64,000 nucleotides of DNA from Waterburya sp. (GCA_965217895.1 CBDCJV010000002.1:64001-128000), one strand, 5' to 3'. Positions 1 through 9,678 are shown, counted from the first letter of the stretch. The notes: generated by a model from the sequence alone, not told the origin. Program-made: numbers and translations.

Positions 1-168
<168 letters not shown>

Positions 169-235
169 ACGAGTCTTGATTGTGCCAATCAGACAAGATA
201 GCTAAAGCTTTTGGTTGAGGTTGTCTTGAATGATT

Positions 236-333
236 GGTCACAGATTACTCCGCCACGTCCCGCATGAAGCTGTTCCTAAACGGAACAGCACGGGGACTTC
301 TAAACGGACGGAGCCTGCTGTGACCGTTGGTCA
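236..333. repeat. Small dispersed hairpin repeat carrying a nested 45-bp insert (255-299)
   Basis: GGTCACAG...CTGTGACC inverted ends; the flanks match 54633-54684 with 1 mismatch once 255-299 is removed. Confidence 0.85.
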
Positions 334-559
334 GTCTAATCATAACTTTGAACTATTGGTTCAAAATTATTAATAGTAAAGAGAACTTAACGGTGAAAAA
401 TTTAAGTTAAATAACTTGTATTAGCAACCGTGTTTTAACAAAATTACTGCCTGATAATATTTAATATTGAAGGTGGTAACTAAAAGCCAAAAATGAGTGG
501 CAAAAAATAGCAATATTAAACTCATTTTTCACCCTACAGGAGAATTCTACCCATAACCT

Positions 560-2758
560 ATGGCAACTAAATTCCCGAAATTTAGCCAGGATCTCGCCCA
601 AGATCCGACTACTCGTCGGCTCTGGTACGGAATTGCCACTGCTCATGATTTTGAGCTTCATGATGGTATGACCGAGGAAAATCTTTACCAGAAGATTTTT
701 GCCTCCCATTTTGGTCATATCGCCATCATCTTTCTGTGGACTTCCGGTACTCTGTTCCATGTGGCTTGGCAAGGTAACTTTGAACAGTGGATAAAAGATC
801 CTTTAAACACAAGCCCGATCGCCCATGCGATTTGGGATCCTCACTTTGGTAAAGGCGCAATTGATGCTTTTACTCAAGGTGGTGCTTCTAACCCAGTAAA
901 CATTGCCTATTCTGGTGTATACCACTGGTTTTATACCATTGGTATGACTACTAACCAAGAGTTATATCAAGGATCGATTTTCTTATTGATTCTTTCTTCT
1001 ATCTTCTTGTTTGCTGGTTGGTTGCATTTACAGCCCAAGTTCCGTCCTAGCCTAGCTTGGTTTAAAAATGCTGAGTCTCGCCTCAACCATCATCTAGCTG
1101 GTTTGTTTGGGGTAAGCTCCTTGGCTTGGACTGGACACCTAGTTCACGTTGCTATCCCCGAATCTCGCGGACAGCACGTAGGTTGGGATAACTTTCTATC
1201 TACTCCTCCTCATCCCGCAGGTTTAGGGCCTTTCTTTAGCCTGAACTGGGGTGTGTATGCTCAGAATCCTGATACTGCTAATCATGTATTTGGTACTTCT
1301 GAGGGAGCGGGAACAGCTATCCTAACTTTCTTAGGTGGTTTCCATCCTCAAACTGAGTCTCTCTGGTTAACAGATATTGCTCATCATCATCTGGCGATCG
1401 CAGTTATCTTTATCATTGCTGGACATATGTACCGTACCAACTTTGGTATTGGTCACAGCATCAAAGAGATCCTAGAAACTCACAAGCCACCTAAAGGCGG
1501 TTTGGGTGAAGGACATAAAGGAATGTACGACACTTTAAATAATTCGTTACATTTCCAGTTAGCTCTAGCTTTGGCTAGTTTGGGTACTGTTACCTCTTTG
1601 GTAGCGCAGCATATGTACTCGCTACCTTCTTATGCCTTCATTGCCAGGGACTACACAACTCAAGCAGCTTTATATACTCACCATCAGTATATTGCTGGTT
1701 TCTTGATGGTTGGTGCATTTGCTCACGGTGCAATATTCCTAGTTAGGGACTATGACCCCGAAGCGAACAAAAACAACGTACTGTCAAGAGTCTTGGATCA
1801 CAAAGAAGCGATTATTTCCCACTTAAGCTGGGTATCTCTCTTCCTTGGTTTCCATACCTTGAGCTTGTATGTACACAATGATGTAGTAGTAGCTTTTGGT
1901 ACGCCTGAAAAGCAAATCTTGATCGAACCTGTATTCGCTCAGTTTGTTCAAGCTGCTTCTGGTAAAGCTCTCTATGGATTTGACACCTTACTGTCTAACC
2001 CCGATAGTATCGCTCAAACTGGTGCAGCCTGGCTGCCTGGTTGGTTGGATGCTATCAACAGTGGCACAAACTCTTTGTTTTTAACAATTGGACCTGGAGA
2101 TTTCTTAGTTCACCATGCGATCGCGCTAGGTCTACACACCACTACTTTGATTTTAGTCAAAGGTGCTTTAGACGCTCGCGGTTCCAAACTAATGCCCGAC
2201 AAAAAAGACTTCGGTTTTGCTTTCCCTTGTGATGGCCCTGGTCGTGGCGGTACTTGTGATATCTCAGCTTGGGATTCGTTCTACCTAGCTATGTTCTGGA
2301 TGCTCAACACCCTGGGCTGGCTGACCTTCTACTGGCATTGGAAACATTTGGGGATCTGGCAGGGTAACGTTGCTCAGTTCAACGAAAACTCTACCTACCT
2401 CATGGGTTGGTTCCGTGATTATCTCTGGGCAAACTCGGCTCAATTGATCAATGGTTATAACCCTTACGGTGTAAATAACCTTTCTGTTTGGGCTTGGATG
2501 TTCCTCTTTGGACACCTAGTTTGGGCGACTGGTTTCATGTTCCTCATCTCTTGGCGTGGTTATTGGCAAGAGCTGATCGAAACTATTGTATGGGCGCACG
2601 AGCGTACTCCTCTGGCTAACTTAGTTCGCTGGAAAGACAAGCCCGTTGCTATGTCCATTGTTCAAGGTCGTGTAATTGGTTTAGCTCACTTCACGGTGGG
2701 TTATGTCCTGACCTATGCAGCATTCCTAATTGCTTCTACGGCTGGTAAATTTGGTTAG
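560..2758 (+). CDS. psaB: Photosystem I P700 apoprotein A2
   Basis: [20 protein letters not shown] start; [14 protein letters not shown]-binding motif; 732 aa. Confidence 0.99.
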   Translation: MATKFPKFSQDLAQDPTTRRLWYGIATAHDFELHDGMTEENLYQKIFASHFGHIAIIFLWTSGTLFHVAWQGNFEQWIKDPLNTSPIAHAIWDPHFGKGAIDAFTQGGASNPVNIAYSGVYHWFYTIGMTTNQELYQGSIFLLILSSIFLFAGWLHLQPKFRPSLAWFKNAESRLNHHLAGLFGVSSLAWTGHLVHVAIPESRGQHVGWDNFLSTPPHPAGLGPFFSLNWGVYAQNPDTANHVFGTSEGAGTAILTFLGGFHPQTESLWLTDIAHHHLAIAVIFIIAGHMYRTNFGIGHSIKEILETHKPPKGGLGEGHKGMYDTLNNSLHFQLALALASLGTVTSLVAQHMYSLPSYAFIARDYTTQAALYTHHQYIAGFLMVGAFAHGAIFLVRDYDPEANKNNVLSRVLDHKEAIISHLSWVSLFLGFHTLSLYVHNDVVVAFGTPEKQILIEPVFAQFVQAASGKALYGFDTLLSNPDSIAQTGAAWLPGWLDAINSGTNSLFLTIGPGDFLVHHAIALGLHTTTLILVKGALDARGSKLMPDKKDFGFAFPCDGPGRGGTCDISAWDSFYLAMFWMLNTLGWLTFYWHWKHLGIWQGNVAQFNENSTYLMGWFRDYLWANSAQLINGYNPYGVNNLSVWAWMFLFGHLVWATGFMFLISWRGYWQELIETIVWAHERTPLANLVRWKDKPVAMSIVQGRVIGLAHFTVGYVLTYAAFLIASTAGKFG

Positions 2759-2795
2759 CGATATCCGTAATTTAGTTTGTAACTAAGTAATTAGT

Positions 2796-2823
2796 TCCCC
2801 TGCCTTCGGGTAGGGGATTTTTT
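2796..2823 (+). terminator. Rho-independent terminator of psaAB
   Basis: TCCCCTGCC-TTCG-GGTAGGGGA stem-loop followed by a T run, about 40 nt after the psaB stop. Confidence 0.85.
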
Positions 2824-3056
2824 ATGCTTAAATTTTTATTTAGATATAGCCAGCAGCTATTAGCGAAACGCTTTTCCCAACTTAATTAGCTATTTAAGAT
2901 CAGTATTAATAATCTCTGATATGCAACTTTAGTTAGAAGCTATCTATAAAAAATATAGATAGGTTGTAATTATTGAGACGTTTGATGTTGTGTTTATGCA
3001 AAAATTACACTTCAAAAAAATCATCTCACCACAAAAATTAGCCAAGAACCAAATTC

Positions 3057-3575
3057 ATGAATATTGTCAAAAAACTACGGATTAAGCGAATTGCAAGTGC
3101 TTTCATGCTAGTAACTTTTTTATTTTTTACCACAGCCTGTAACAGTGGCGACAAACAAGGCGCGCGTCCGAATAATTCCCCTGTTCAAGTCGGCGGAGAA
3201 AACAATCCTCATAAAGCAGGTGGAGATGGTATGAGCCAATATAAATCTCCTGTTAATGACTCTAAATTAAATAAAGCTCAGAGTAGAGCAAACTTATCAG
3301 CAGAATTGCTTTTGGCAGCAGCAAATAAAAGCGAAACTAGTTATCCTACCAATGACAGTCAAGTGGACGGGTTGCTCTATTCGGACTCAGATGAAGTCAA
3401 ATCTTTGAACAGTGTCGATGAATTCGTTAGTCCTCAGAGACAAGAGGCACTAAAAGATCCTAGTCAAATTCCTGCGGTTCAACAAACAGCTATCGATCGC
3501 ACCGATCCTAACAACAAGCTTTTAGAAAAAACCAAACAGATGTTTGATGATGCTGGCAATTTTTCAGCCAATTAA
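3057..3575 (+). CDS. Hypothetical lipoprotein with low-complexity hydrophilic body (stress-associated)
   Basis: Basic N-terminus, hydrophobic stretch and lipobox-like FTTAC; co-oriented with downstream stress genes. Confidence 0.7.
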   Translation: MNIVKKLRIKRIASAFMLVTFLFFTTACNSGDKQGARPNNSPVQVGGENNPHKAGGDGMSQYKSPVNDSKLNKAQSRANLSAELLLAAANKSETSYPTNDSQVDGLLYSDSDEVKSLNSVDEFVSPQRQEALKDPSQIPAVQQTAIDRTDPNNKLLEKTKQMFDDAGNFSAN

Positions 3576-3630
3576 TCATAACTTTAATGCTTGTAATTAA
3601 ATTTACCGAAACACAAGGAGAACAATAACT

Positions 3631-4194
3631 ATGTCACAAGAATTAGAAGGAATAAACATCGCTATTTTAGTCGCTGATGGTTTTGAACAAGTAGAAATGA
3701 CTCAGCCTCGTCAAGCCTTTAATGATGAAGGTGCAAGCACCTATATTATTTCTCCTATGGGGGAACAAGTGCGCGGTTGGAATCACTTTGATAAAGCAGA
3801 TGAATTTATAGTTGATTTGCCTTTAGACAAAGCTAATCCTGAAGATTATGATGCACTCTTGCTTCCAGGCGGTGTGGCAAATCCAGATCAGTTAAGGACA
3901 AATGAAACAGCCGTCAAGTTTATCAAAACTTTTTTTGAAGCAGACAAACCAGTGGCAGCTATTTGTCATGGTTCTTGGACGTTGATTGAAGCAGATGTGG
4001 TTAAAGGATGCAAGATTACATCCTGGCCTTCGCTTAAAACCGATCTCAAAAATGCAGGTGCAAACTGGGTAGACGAAGAAGTGGTAGTAGACGGCAATTT
4101 AGTTACCAGTCGCAACCCCGATGATATACCAGCATTTATCGATGCAACGATCGCCTTATTTTCCAGCCTAAAAGCTAAGTCTAAATCAGCTTAA
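3631..4194 (+). CDS. DJ-1/PfpI family protein (type 1 glutamine amidotransferase-like; glyoxalase/deglycase)
   Basis: ADGFEQVE, LLLPGG, nucleophile AICHG and TSRNPDD motifs; AGGAG RBS upstream. Confidence 0.92.
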   Translation: MSQELEGINIAILVADGFEQVEMTQPRQAFNDEGASTYIISPMGEQVRGWNHFDKADEFIVDLPLDKANPEDYDALLLPGGVANPDQLRTNETAVKFIKTFFEADKPVAAICHGSWTLIEADVVKGCKITSWPSLKTDLKNAGANWVDEEVVVDGNLVTSRNPDDIPAFIDATIALFSSLKAKSKSA

Positions 4195-4239
4195 AGACAA
4201 ATTTCAACTATTTTCCCAACACCAAGTAAGAAGTATTTT

Positions 4240-4716
4240 ATGAGTTCTCAATCAGCAGCCGAACAAAAAGTCTATCATCTTCATTCTCTAGATATGGACG
4301 AACAGCTAGCAGTTCTCTGGTATGTCTACCGAGATTTTGTTAAAGAGAATATAACTCCTGAAGCAGAACGCCCTGATGAAAATCTAGAAAAGTCGTCAGA
4401 CTTAATCGAGCAAGTCAAGCAAATGTCTCCTGAAGACCAGCTACAGGTGCAGCGCGATCTGATCGTTGGCAAAGATAGGGCAGAATTTCAAACTTACAAA
4501 GAGTATTCTTCCAATCAAAAACTCTTTTTTTGGTATTGCCTAGCATCAGAAATGGAACGAGGTAATGCAGTGCAAATACCCGATGACTATCGCTTGTCCC
4601 CCGATGCACAGCAACTGTTAGATTCTGTTAAAGAATTAGACTTTACCAATAAGCTGGTCTTTATTAAAGATGTAGTTGGTCTTGGTGCAGCACAAAGTAC
4701 TGAGGAAAAGGTCTAA
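4240..4716 (+). CDS. Orange carotenoid protein N-terminal domain protein (helical carotenoid protein-like)
   Basis: DEQLAVLWYVY, QMSPEDQLQVQRDL and KLFFWYCLA motifs typical of OCP-NTD/HCP. Confidence 0.8.
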   Translation: MSSQSAAEQKVYHLHSLDMDEQLAVLWYVYRDFVKENITPEAERPDENLEKSSDLIEQVKQMSPEDQLQVQRDLIVGKDRAEFQTYKEYSSNQKLFFWYCLASEMERGNAVQIPDDYRLSPDAQQLLDSVKELDFTNKLVFIKDVVGLGAAQSTEEKV

Positions 4717-4782
4717 ATTATTCTATTTTCAAGGCGATCGCTTTATAAAGCGATCGCCTCATATCTTATTTAATTTAAAATC

Positions 4783-5457
4783 ATGATCAAAGCAATAATT
4801 TTCGATCTCGATGGTACTTTAGTTGATTCAGTTGATTATCATGCTCAAGCTTGGGTCAAAGCTTTTCAAGAATATGGTTATGACTTTGCTTATGATAAAT
4901 TACGCGAGCAGATCGGCAAAGGTAGTGAATATATTATTGGTGAATTGCTTGACCCAGATGAAGCAAAAAAATTAGAGTCAGATATTGCCGAATACCGCAA
5001 ACAATATTATCAAGAGCATCTTTTAGAAAAAGTCCAGCCTTTTCCTCAAGTAAAAGAACTGTTTAAAGCTATCAAGGCAGACGGAATCAAGATTGTTTTG
5101 GCATCCTCAGCGAGAACAGAAACTATTGCTCACTATAAGAAAATATTAGAAATTGAAGATTTAATCGACGGTTCGGTTTCTACCGATGATGTTGAAAAGT
5201 CCAAACCCGAACCAGATATATTTCTCTCCGCATTAGAAAAATTGGCTGGTATTCCTGTCGAGTCAGTTATTTTGGTTGGAGATAGTCCCTATGATGCGAT
5301 CGCTGCTGGCAAAATATCTTTACGCACTATCGCTGTCCTCGGTGGTGGCTTTGAGCGTGAAACCTTGACTCTGGCGGGTTGTGTTGCTATTTATCAAGAC
5401 CCTGCTGATTTATTGGCTAATTACCCCCAATTTCTAAAAATAGACGAGATTGGCTAG
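4783..5457 (+). CDS. HAD-family hydrolase (phosphatase)
   Basis: FDLDGTLVDS motif I, KPEPDIF and VGDSPYD motifs. Confidence 0.92.
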   Translation: MIKAIIFDLDGTLVDSVDYHAQAWVKAFQEYGYDFAYDKLREQIGKGSEYIIGELLDPDEAKKLESDIAEYRKQYYQEHLLEKVQPFPQVKELFKAIKADGIKIVLASSARTETIAHYKKILEIEDLIDGSVSTDDVEKSKPEPDIFLSALEKLAGIPVESVILVGDSPYDAIAAGKISLRTIAVLGGGFERETLTLAGCVAIYQDPADLLANYPQFLKIDEIG

Positions 5458-5724
5458 TATCGCTCCGCTTGAGTAACGAGTAACAAGTTAAATTTCGCTA
5501 CTAGTTTCAAGCTAAATAAAAGACTACTTTATTTAAGCTCATGTCTACTAGATTAATTAGACAAATACTTATTATGATGACATTTATCGAAGAAAAAAGA
5601 GGAACAATTCAAAAGCTTGTCAAATTTATTAGTGAGCTATTAAATAAACTGTCTAGCTGGTTGCAACCTCGTCGTCGATAATGTGGGGCGATCAATCATT
5701 GCTTATTGGTCATCGATCATTGAT

Positions 5725-6468
5725 TCAAAGCGGTTGCTTTTCTGGAACACCGACTTCGCGAGGAAATTTCTTGGATGTTGGAGAATGTTTACGGATATAT
5801 ATACAATGGCGTACTCCTTGACTAATAGGAGTTTCCCAAGGATAAATTAATTCAATTTTGCAGCCCAACTTAGCTACAGCCGACTTTAAACTGGCAGTAT
5901 CTGACTTGCTCCAGTGTCCACGGTAAAGAACAGCCAGTCCGCCTACCTTCACTAGCGGTAAGCTATATTCAGCACAGACAGAGGCTTTACTTACGGCTCG
6001 TACTAAAGCCAAATCGTAAGCTTGGCGATCGCCTGGAATTCTACCTAAGTCTTCGGCGCGGGCAACTATACCAGTGGCATTATTTAACTTAAGTTTAGTG
6101 ATTAGATCATTAACAAAAGTGATTTTCTTACGGGTAGAGTCTAGCAGGGTAATTTTCCAGAGAGGAAAAGCGATCGCTAAAGGAATACCAGGAAAACCCG
6201 CTCCTGTACCAATATCAATCACCTGGAGTTTTTGAGCTAAAAAATCTTGCTCCAAACCAACTATTCCTGAGAGAGAATCCCAAAGGTGTTTTTCCCAAAA
6301 GTCTTCTGGTATAGTAATGCGAGTTAGATTCTGTTGACGATTTCCTTCGATAACTTCTTGATAAACCCATTGAAATAATTGCTCTTGGGCTGAGTCGGGC
6401 TGCCAATTGAGGCTTTGCTGCCAAACTGTTGTCATTTGGGGCAATCTATTAGTTTCGATCTGACTCAT
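5725..6468 (-). CDS. rsmG: 16S rRNA (guanine527-N7)-methyltransferase RsmG
   Basis: NLTRI, KHLWDS, DIGTGAGFPG, RAE and RAV motifs. Confidence 0.95.
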   Translation of the reverse strand: MSQIETNRLPQMTTVWQQSLNWQPDSAQEQLFQWVYQEVIEGNRQQNLTRITIPEDFWEKHLWDSLSGIVGLEQDFLAQKLQVIDIGTGAGFPGIPLAIAFPLWKITLLDSTRKKITFVNDLITKLKLNNATGIVARAEDLGRIPGDRQAYDLALVRAVSKASVCAEYSLPLVKVGGLAVLYRGHWSKSDTASLKSAVAKLGCKIELIYPWETPISQGVRHCIYIRKHSPTSKKFPREVGVPEKQPL

Positions 6469-6479
6469 AAGCTTTTAGG

Positions 6480-7127
6480 TTATCGATTCAATGCCACTGG
6501 CTCAACGGGCTGGAGATCTCCATGGCTAATTGTCCAACAGCGATCGGCTATGTCGATCAACTCTCCAGGATCGTGAGTAACTATTAACAATGTCCAATGT
6601 TCTTTTAAATTTTTCAGCAGTTTAGCTAGTTGAAGCCTCATCGACCAATCTAATCCTGCTGTTGGCTCATCTAACATCAGTACATTAGGCTGACGAATTA
6701 GCTGTACTGCCAAAGCCAACCGACGCTGTTGCCCACCACTAAGATCGTGGGGAGATATTTTTAAAGATACATGATCTAATCCTACCTCGCTCAAAGCATC
6801 TTTGACTCTTTTTAGATCTAGTTCTGGATGACCTAAGCGCAATTCTTCTAAAATAGTACCACCACAAAAATGCCGTTCAGGAAACTGAAACACTAATCCT
6901 GCTAGCTGCTGTAGTTCAACATCTGTAAGTTGTTTTGTCCGCCAAAGAATTTCCCCTTTAGTAGGTTGTGCCAATCCCGCTAAAATCTCTAAAATAGTAG
7001 TCTTACCTGAACCACTTGCTCCGACTATTAATCCTAGTTTCTGTGCTGGAAGTTCTAGGTTAATATTTTTCAGGATGGGTTGAACAGTAGCAGGAGGATG
7101 ATAAGTTAAATTTTGCAGACGGAGCAT
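6480..7127 (-). CDS. ABC transporter ATP-binding protein (CbiO/ECF-like)
   Basis: Walker A GASGSGKT, FQFPE Q-loop, LSGGQ signature, DEPT Walker B. Confidence 0.9.
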   Translation of the reverse strand: MLRLQNLTYHPPATVQPILKNINLELPAQKLGLIVGASGSGKTTILEILAGLAQPTKGEILWRTKQLTDVELQQLAGLVFQFPERHFCGGTILEELRLGHPELDLKRVKDALSEVGLDHVSLKISPHDLSGGQQRRLALAVQLIRQPNVLMLDEPTAGLDWSMRLQLAKLLKNLKEHWTLLIVTHDPGELIDIADRCWTISHGDLQPVEPVALNR

Positions 7128-7296
7128 TATTTAATCACCTAGATTTTTATAACTTAATTATAGGCTCTTTAATTGAGCCAGGTTCAATTTAGCTTTTGTG
7201 CTGGTTAATAATAATATTGCTTCTATTTTCAGGAACTAGATTTTTGTTGCTCACGTCAATGTTTATCAAACTTACTAATAATTATAATTAAGCATA

Positions 7297-8244
7297 ATGA
7301 AAAAAGAAACTAAATTTGCTAGTTTTAAAACTCAGTTGCAACAAACAATTTGGACTTTACCATTAAGCATTACTATGATTATTGGTCTTAGTAGTACAGC
7401 TTGTGCAGCAGATCCTTTCCGTCAAAAAAACCCTCGTGATATTGATAAATATACCGAACAAGCATTTGAAACCATTTTTTTCAAAGGAGACTACAAAACA
7501 GTTAGCGATCAATTATTAAAGGCTGAAGCAGAAACACCAGATGAACCTCTGACTTATGCCCTGCTTGCTTCTTTAGCTTATACCGAAAAAGAAAAAGACT
7601 GGGAAGGCATCAAAAAATACGCTGATAAGACTTTAGAGTCAGCCCAATTGTTAAGCCAAAGCGATCCTCTACGGGGCAATCTTTATTTGGCAGTAGGTCA
7701 TTTTTTAGATGGTGCTTATGTTTATCAAAAAGACGGGGCTTTAGATGCTATTAATAAGCTACAGTTGGTCTTCAAATATCTCGATCAAGCAGAAGATAGC
7801 GATCCTAATGATCCTGAATTGAACTTGATTAAAGGCTATATGGATTTGTTATTAGCCGTTAACCTGCCTTTTTCTAAACCAGAACAGGCAATCGCCCGTT
7901 TTGAATCCAATGCTGCACCTAATTATTTGGTGGATAGAGGTTTGGCAGTGGCATATCGCGATTTGAAACAATATGATAAGGCCTTAGAATATGCCAATAA
8001 AGCTATAAAAGCTGCTCCCGATAATCCAGAACATTATTATCTCAAAGGGCAGATTCTCAGACAAATTGGCAAAAAGAAAGATGATATTCAGGTTTTAGAA
8101 GAAGCTACACAAAACTTTACCTTAGCCCTAAATAAATCAGCACAATTACCAGACTTTGTTTTGGAAACCCTGGAAAAAGAAAATCGTTTGACTCAAGAGA
8201 AAATTGCTGAACTTAAATCAGGACAAGCTAATCTTCAAAATTGA
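7297..8244 (+). CDS. Sll0314/Alr1548-family exported TPR protein
   Basis: Signal peptide followed by ADPFR, LRGNLYLAVGHFL and C-terminal TPRs. Confidence 0.8.
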   Translation: MKKETKFASFKTQLQQTIWTLPLSITMIIGLSSTACAADPFRQKNPRDIDKYTEQAFETIFFKGDYKTVSDQLLKAEAETPDEPLTYALLASLAYTEKEKDWEGIKKYADKTLESAQLLSQSDPLRGNLYLAVGHFLDGAYVYQKDGALDAINKLQLVFKYLDQAEDSDPNDPELNLIKGYMDLLLAVNLPFSKPEQAIARFESNAAPNYLVDRGLAVAYRDLKQYDKALEYANKAIKAAPDNPEHYYLKGQILRQIGKKKDDIQVLEEATQNFTLALNKSAQLPDFVLETLEKENRLTQEKIAELKSGQANLQN

Positions 8245-8309
8245 AGTATTGGCTTCTTGAGTCCAATTCCCATTGTTGGGCAATCTCAATCTATAGATAA
8301 AATAAACTG

Positions 8310-8440
8310 ATACCAAATCCGATTGACAGAGGTTATTTATGTAGGCTGACGCTTGAGACGAGGGGACGCTTGAGACTGGGGGATGAATTAATCTTCGGGA
8401 CTTCTTTTTTAAGTAACCTATACCAACACCGATTTAGTAT
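8310..8440. mobile_element. MITE-like element with imperfect terminal inverted repeats
   Basis: ATACCAAATC ... GATTTAGTAT ends (9/10 inverted); internal GACGCTTGAGAC direct duplication. Confidence 0.55.
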
Positions 8441-8517
8441 AATAAGCTGTAAAACATTTAATTTACTGCTAGATTTGCTCTACTAGGATATTTCATGTTA
8501 TTCATACATGCGATTCG

Positions 8518-8778
8518 TTAATAGTGATATCGGCAAGAAATGATTTTGATGTAGTCTTCCCCTACTCGATAAACCAATCTGTTTGTTTCATCAATCCTTC
8601 TCGACCAGTAGCCAGAAAGATTCTCTTTTAAAGGTTCGGGTTTGCCAATCCCATCAAACGGAGTAACCAAAATATCTCGGATTAGTCGATTAATTCTCTT
8701 AAAAGTCTTTTTATCTTGACCCTGCCAGTAGATATAATCCTGCCAAGCTTCGATGTCCCAGATTAAATCACGCATCAA
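8518..8778 (-). CDS. yoeB: Txe/YoeB family addiction-module toxin
   Basis: AWQDYIYWQ, PFDGIGKPEPLK, WSRRI, HRL-like NRLVY and C-terminal CRYHY. Confidence 0.95.
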   Translation of the reverse strand: MMRDLIWDIEAWQDYIYWQGQDKKTFKRINRLIRDILVTPFDGIGKPEPLKENLSGYWSRRIDETNRLVYRVGEDYIKIISCRYHY

Positions 8779-9022
8779 TCAAGTCATGGTGTTGCCCTTT
8801 CCCAGCTTCATCTCTGGCGATCGCCTCTATCAAATGTTTGGCATTAGCAGGAGACCTCATCAAATATAATGTCTCCATGATCGAATCGTAATGGCTTTTT
8901 GATAGCAGCACTACATCCTCGTGATTTCTCCTTTTTATTAAGGTAGCGTCGCGATTATCACTCACCCGATCCAAGACCTGTTTAAAGTTTTCTCTCGCTT
9001 CTGAGTAATTAACTATTTCCAT
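8768..9022 (-). CDS. yefM: Phd/YefM family antitoxin
   Basis: NYSEARENF and ETLYLMRSPANA motifs; overlaps the yoeB start. Confidence 0.95.
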   Translation of the reverse strand: MEIVNYSEARENFKQVLDRVSDNRDATLIKRRNHEDVVLLSKSHYDSIMETLYLMRSPANAKHLIEAIARDEAGKGQHHDLIDA

Positions 9023-9052
9023 CTTGCTTTAAATTGCCCTTAAATAAGTACA

Positions 9053-9080
9053 AGTATAGCCTAAAAATTCGCCGCTCCAA
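9053..9080 (-). promoter_or_regulatory. Putative sigma70-type promoter of yefM-yoeB
   Basis: Minus strand TTGGAG-16 nt-TATACT, followed by TGTAC (resembling the TGTACA operator core of yefM-yoeB); the -35 touches the last base of the CRISPR repeat. Confidence 0.45.
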
Positions 9081-9192
9081 TTTCAATCCTTGATCGCCCC
9101 GAAGGACGAGCGCAACAGCGTAATTCAGCTAAAGCTCGATTCTGCCAGCAAGCGAGTTTCAATCCTCGATCGCCCCAAAGGACGACCGCAAT
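9080..9192 (-). CRISPR. Minimal CRISPR array: two 37-nt repeats and one 39-nt spacer
   Basis: Repeats at 9080-9116 and 9156-9192 (32/37 identical). Minus-strand reading (A/G)TTGCG(G/C)TCGTCCTT(T/C)GGGGCGATC(G/A)AGGATTGAAA(C/T) has an internal hairpin and an ATTGAAAC 3' end. Spacer 9117-9155; cas3 remnant nearby on the same strand. Confidence 0.85.
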
Positions 9193-9209
9193 AACGTGAG
9201 TTATATTAG

Positions 9210-9578
9210 ATGTATAAACAACTACAAAGGAAAAAGAAGATGCAAACTAAAAAACAAGCCCGCGAACAACAATTAAAGTTAAATGACAAAAAAACAAAGC
9301 AAAATAAACCCCAAGTAATAATAGGCGGACGAGGTATTAAATCCACCATATACCCAAAAGGACACGACTATAATGCAATGTACATTCAAGAAGCTAAAGA
9401 AAGAAAACAGCAGGAAGATTTACTTTGGGCTATATTACCAAAAGTCTTTGTTGGTTTTATCATCTTAGTCACATGGCTTAACGTCACAGCACCTAAGCAA
9501 GAAGTAGAAGAAACACAACCAGTAAACTTTGAGCCTAGTTTATTGGAAAAATTTTGGTGGAATCTAAATGAAAACTAA
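9210..9578 (+). CDS. Hypothetical Lys/Gln-rich single-pass membrane protein, probably foreign
   Basis: 122-aa ORF, basic N-terminus, one hydrophobic helix (LLWAILPKVFVGFIILVTWL); no recognisable family. Confidence 0.55.
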   Translation: MYKQLQRKKKMQTKKQAREQQLKLNDKKTKQNKPQVIIGGRGIKSTIYPKGHDYNAMYIQEAKERKQQEDLLWAILPKVFVGFIILVTWLNVTAPKQEVEETQPVNFEPSLLEKFWWNLNEN

Positions 9579-9678
9579 AGAGATAATTAGCTATTTTCCT
9601 CAAGAGGTTAGTTTAGACTTATTTAAGTTAGACCTTACCGAACAATATAGGCAGCAGCAAGTTTCAATACTACTGTAA
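9568..9678 (+). CDS. Small 36-aa ORF overlapping the previous gene (possibly truncated)
   Basis: ATG at 9568 overlaps the 122-aa ORF by 11 nt; reads MKTKEIISYFPQEVSLDLFKLDLTEQYRQQQVSILL*. Confidence 0.3.
   Translation: MKTKEIISYFPQEVSLDLFKLDLTEQYRQQQVSILL

Noticed and set aside
461..2515. Short ORFs overlapping psaB (461-772, 2041-2232, 2285-2515)
   Set aside because: Antisense or alternate-frame shadows of a highly conserved gene, with no recognisable motifs.
9117..9155. Self-targeting of the CRISPR spacer within this window
   Set aside because: By eye only short (about 9-nt) matches such as GCTAAAGCT were found; no convincing protospacer near yefM or cas3. A computational search is still needed.
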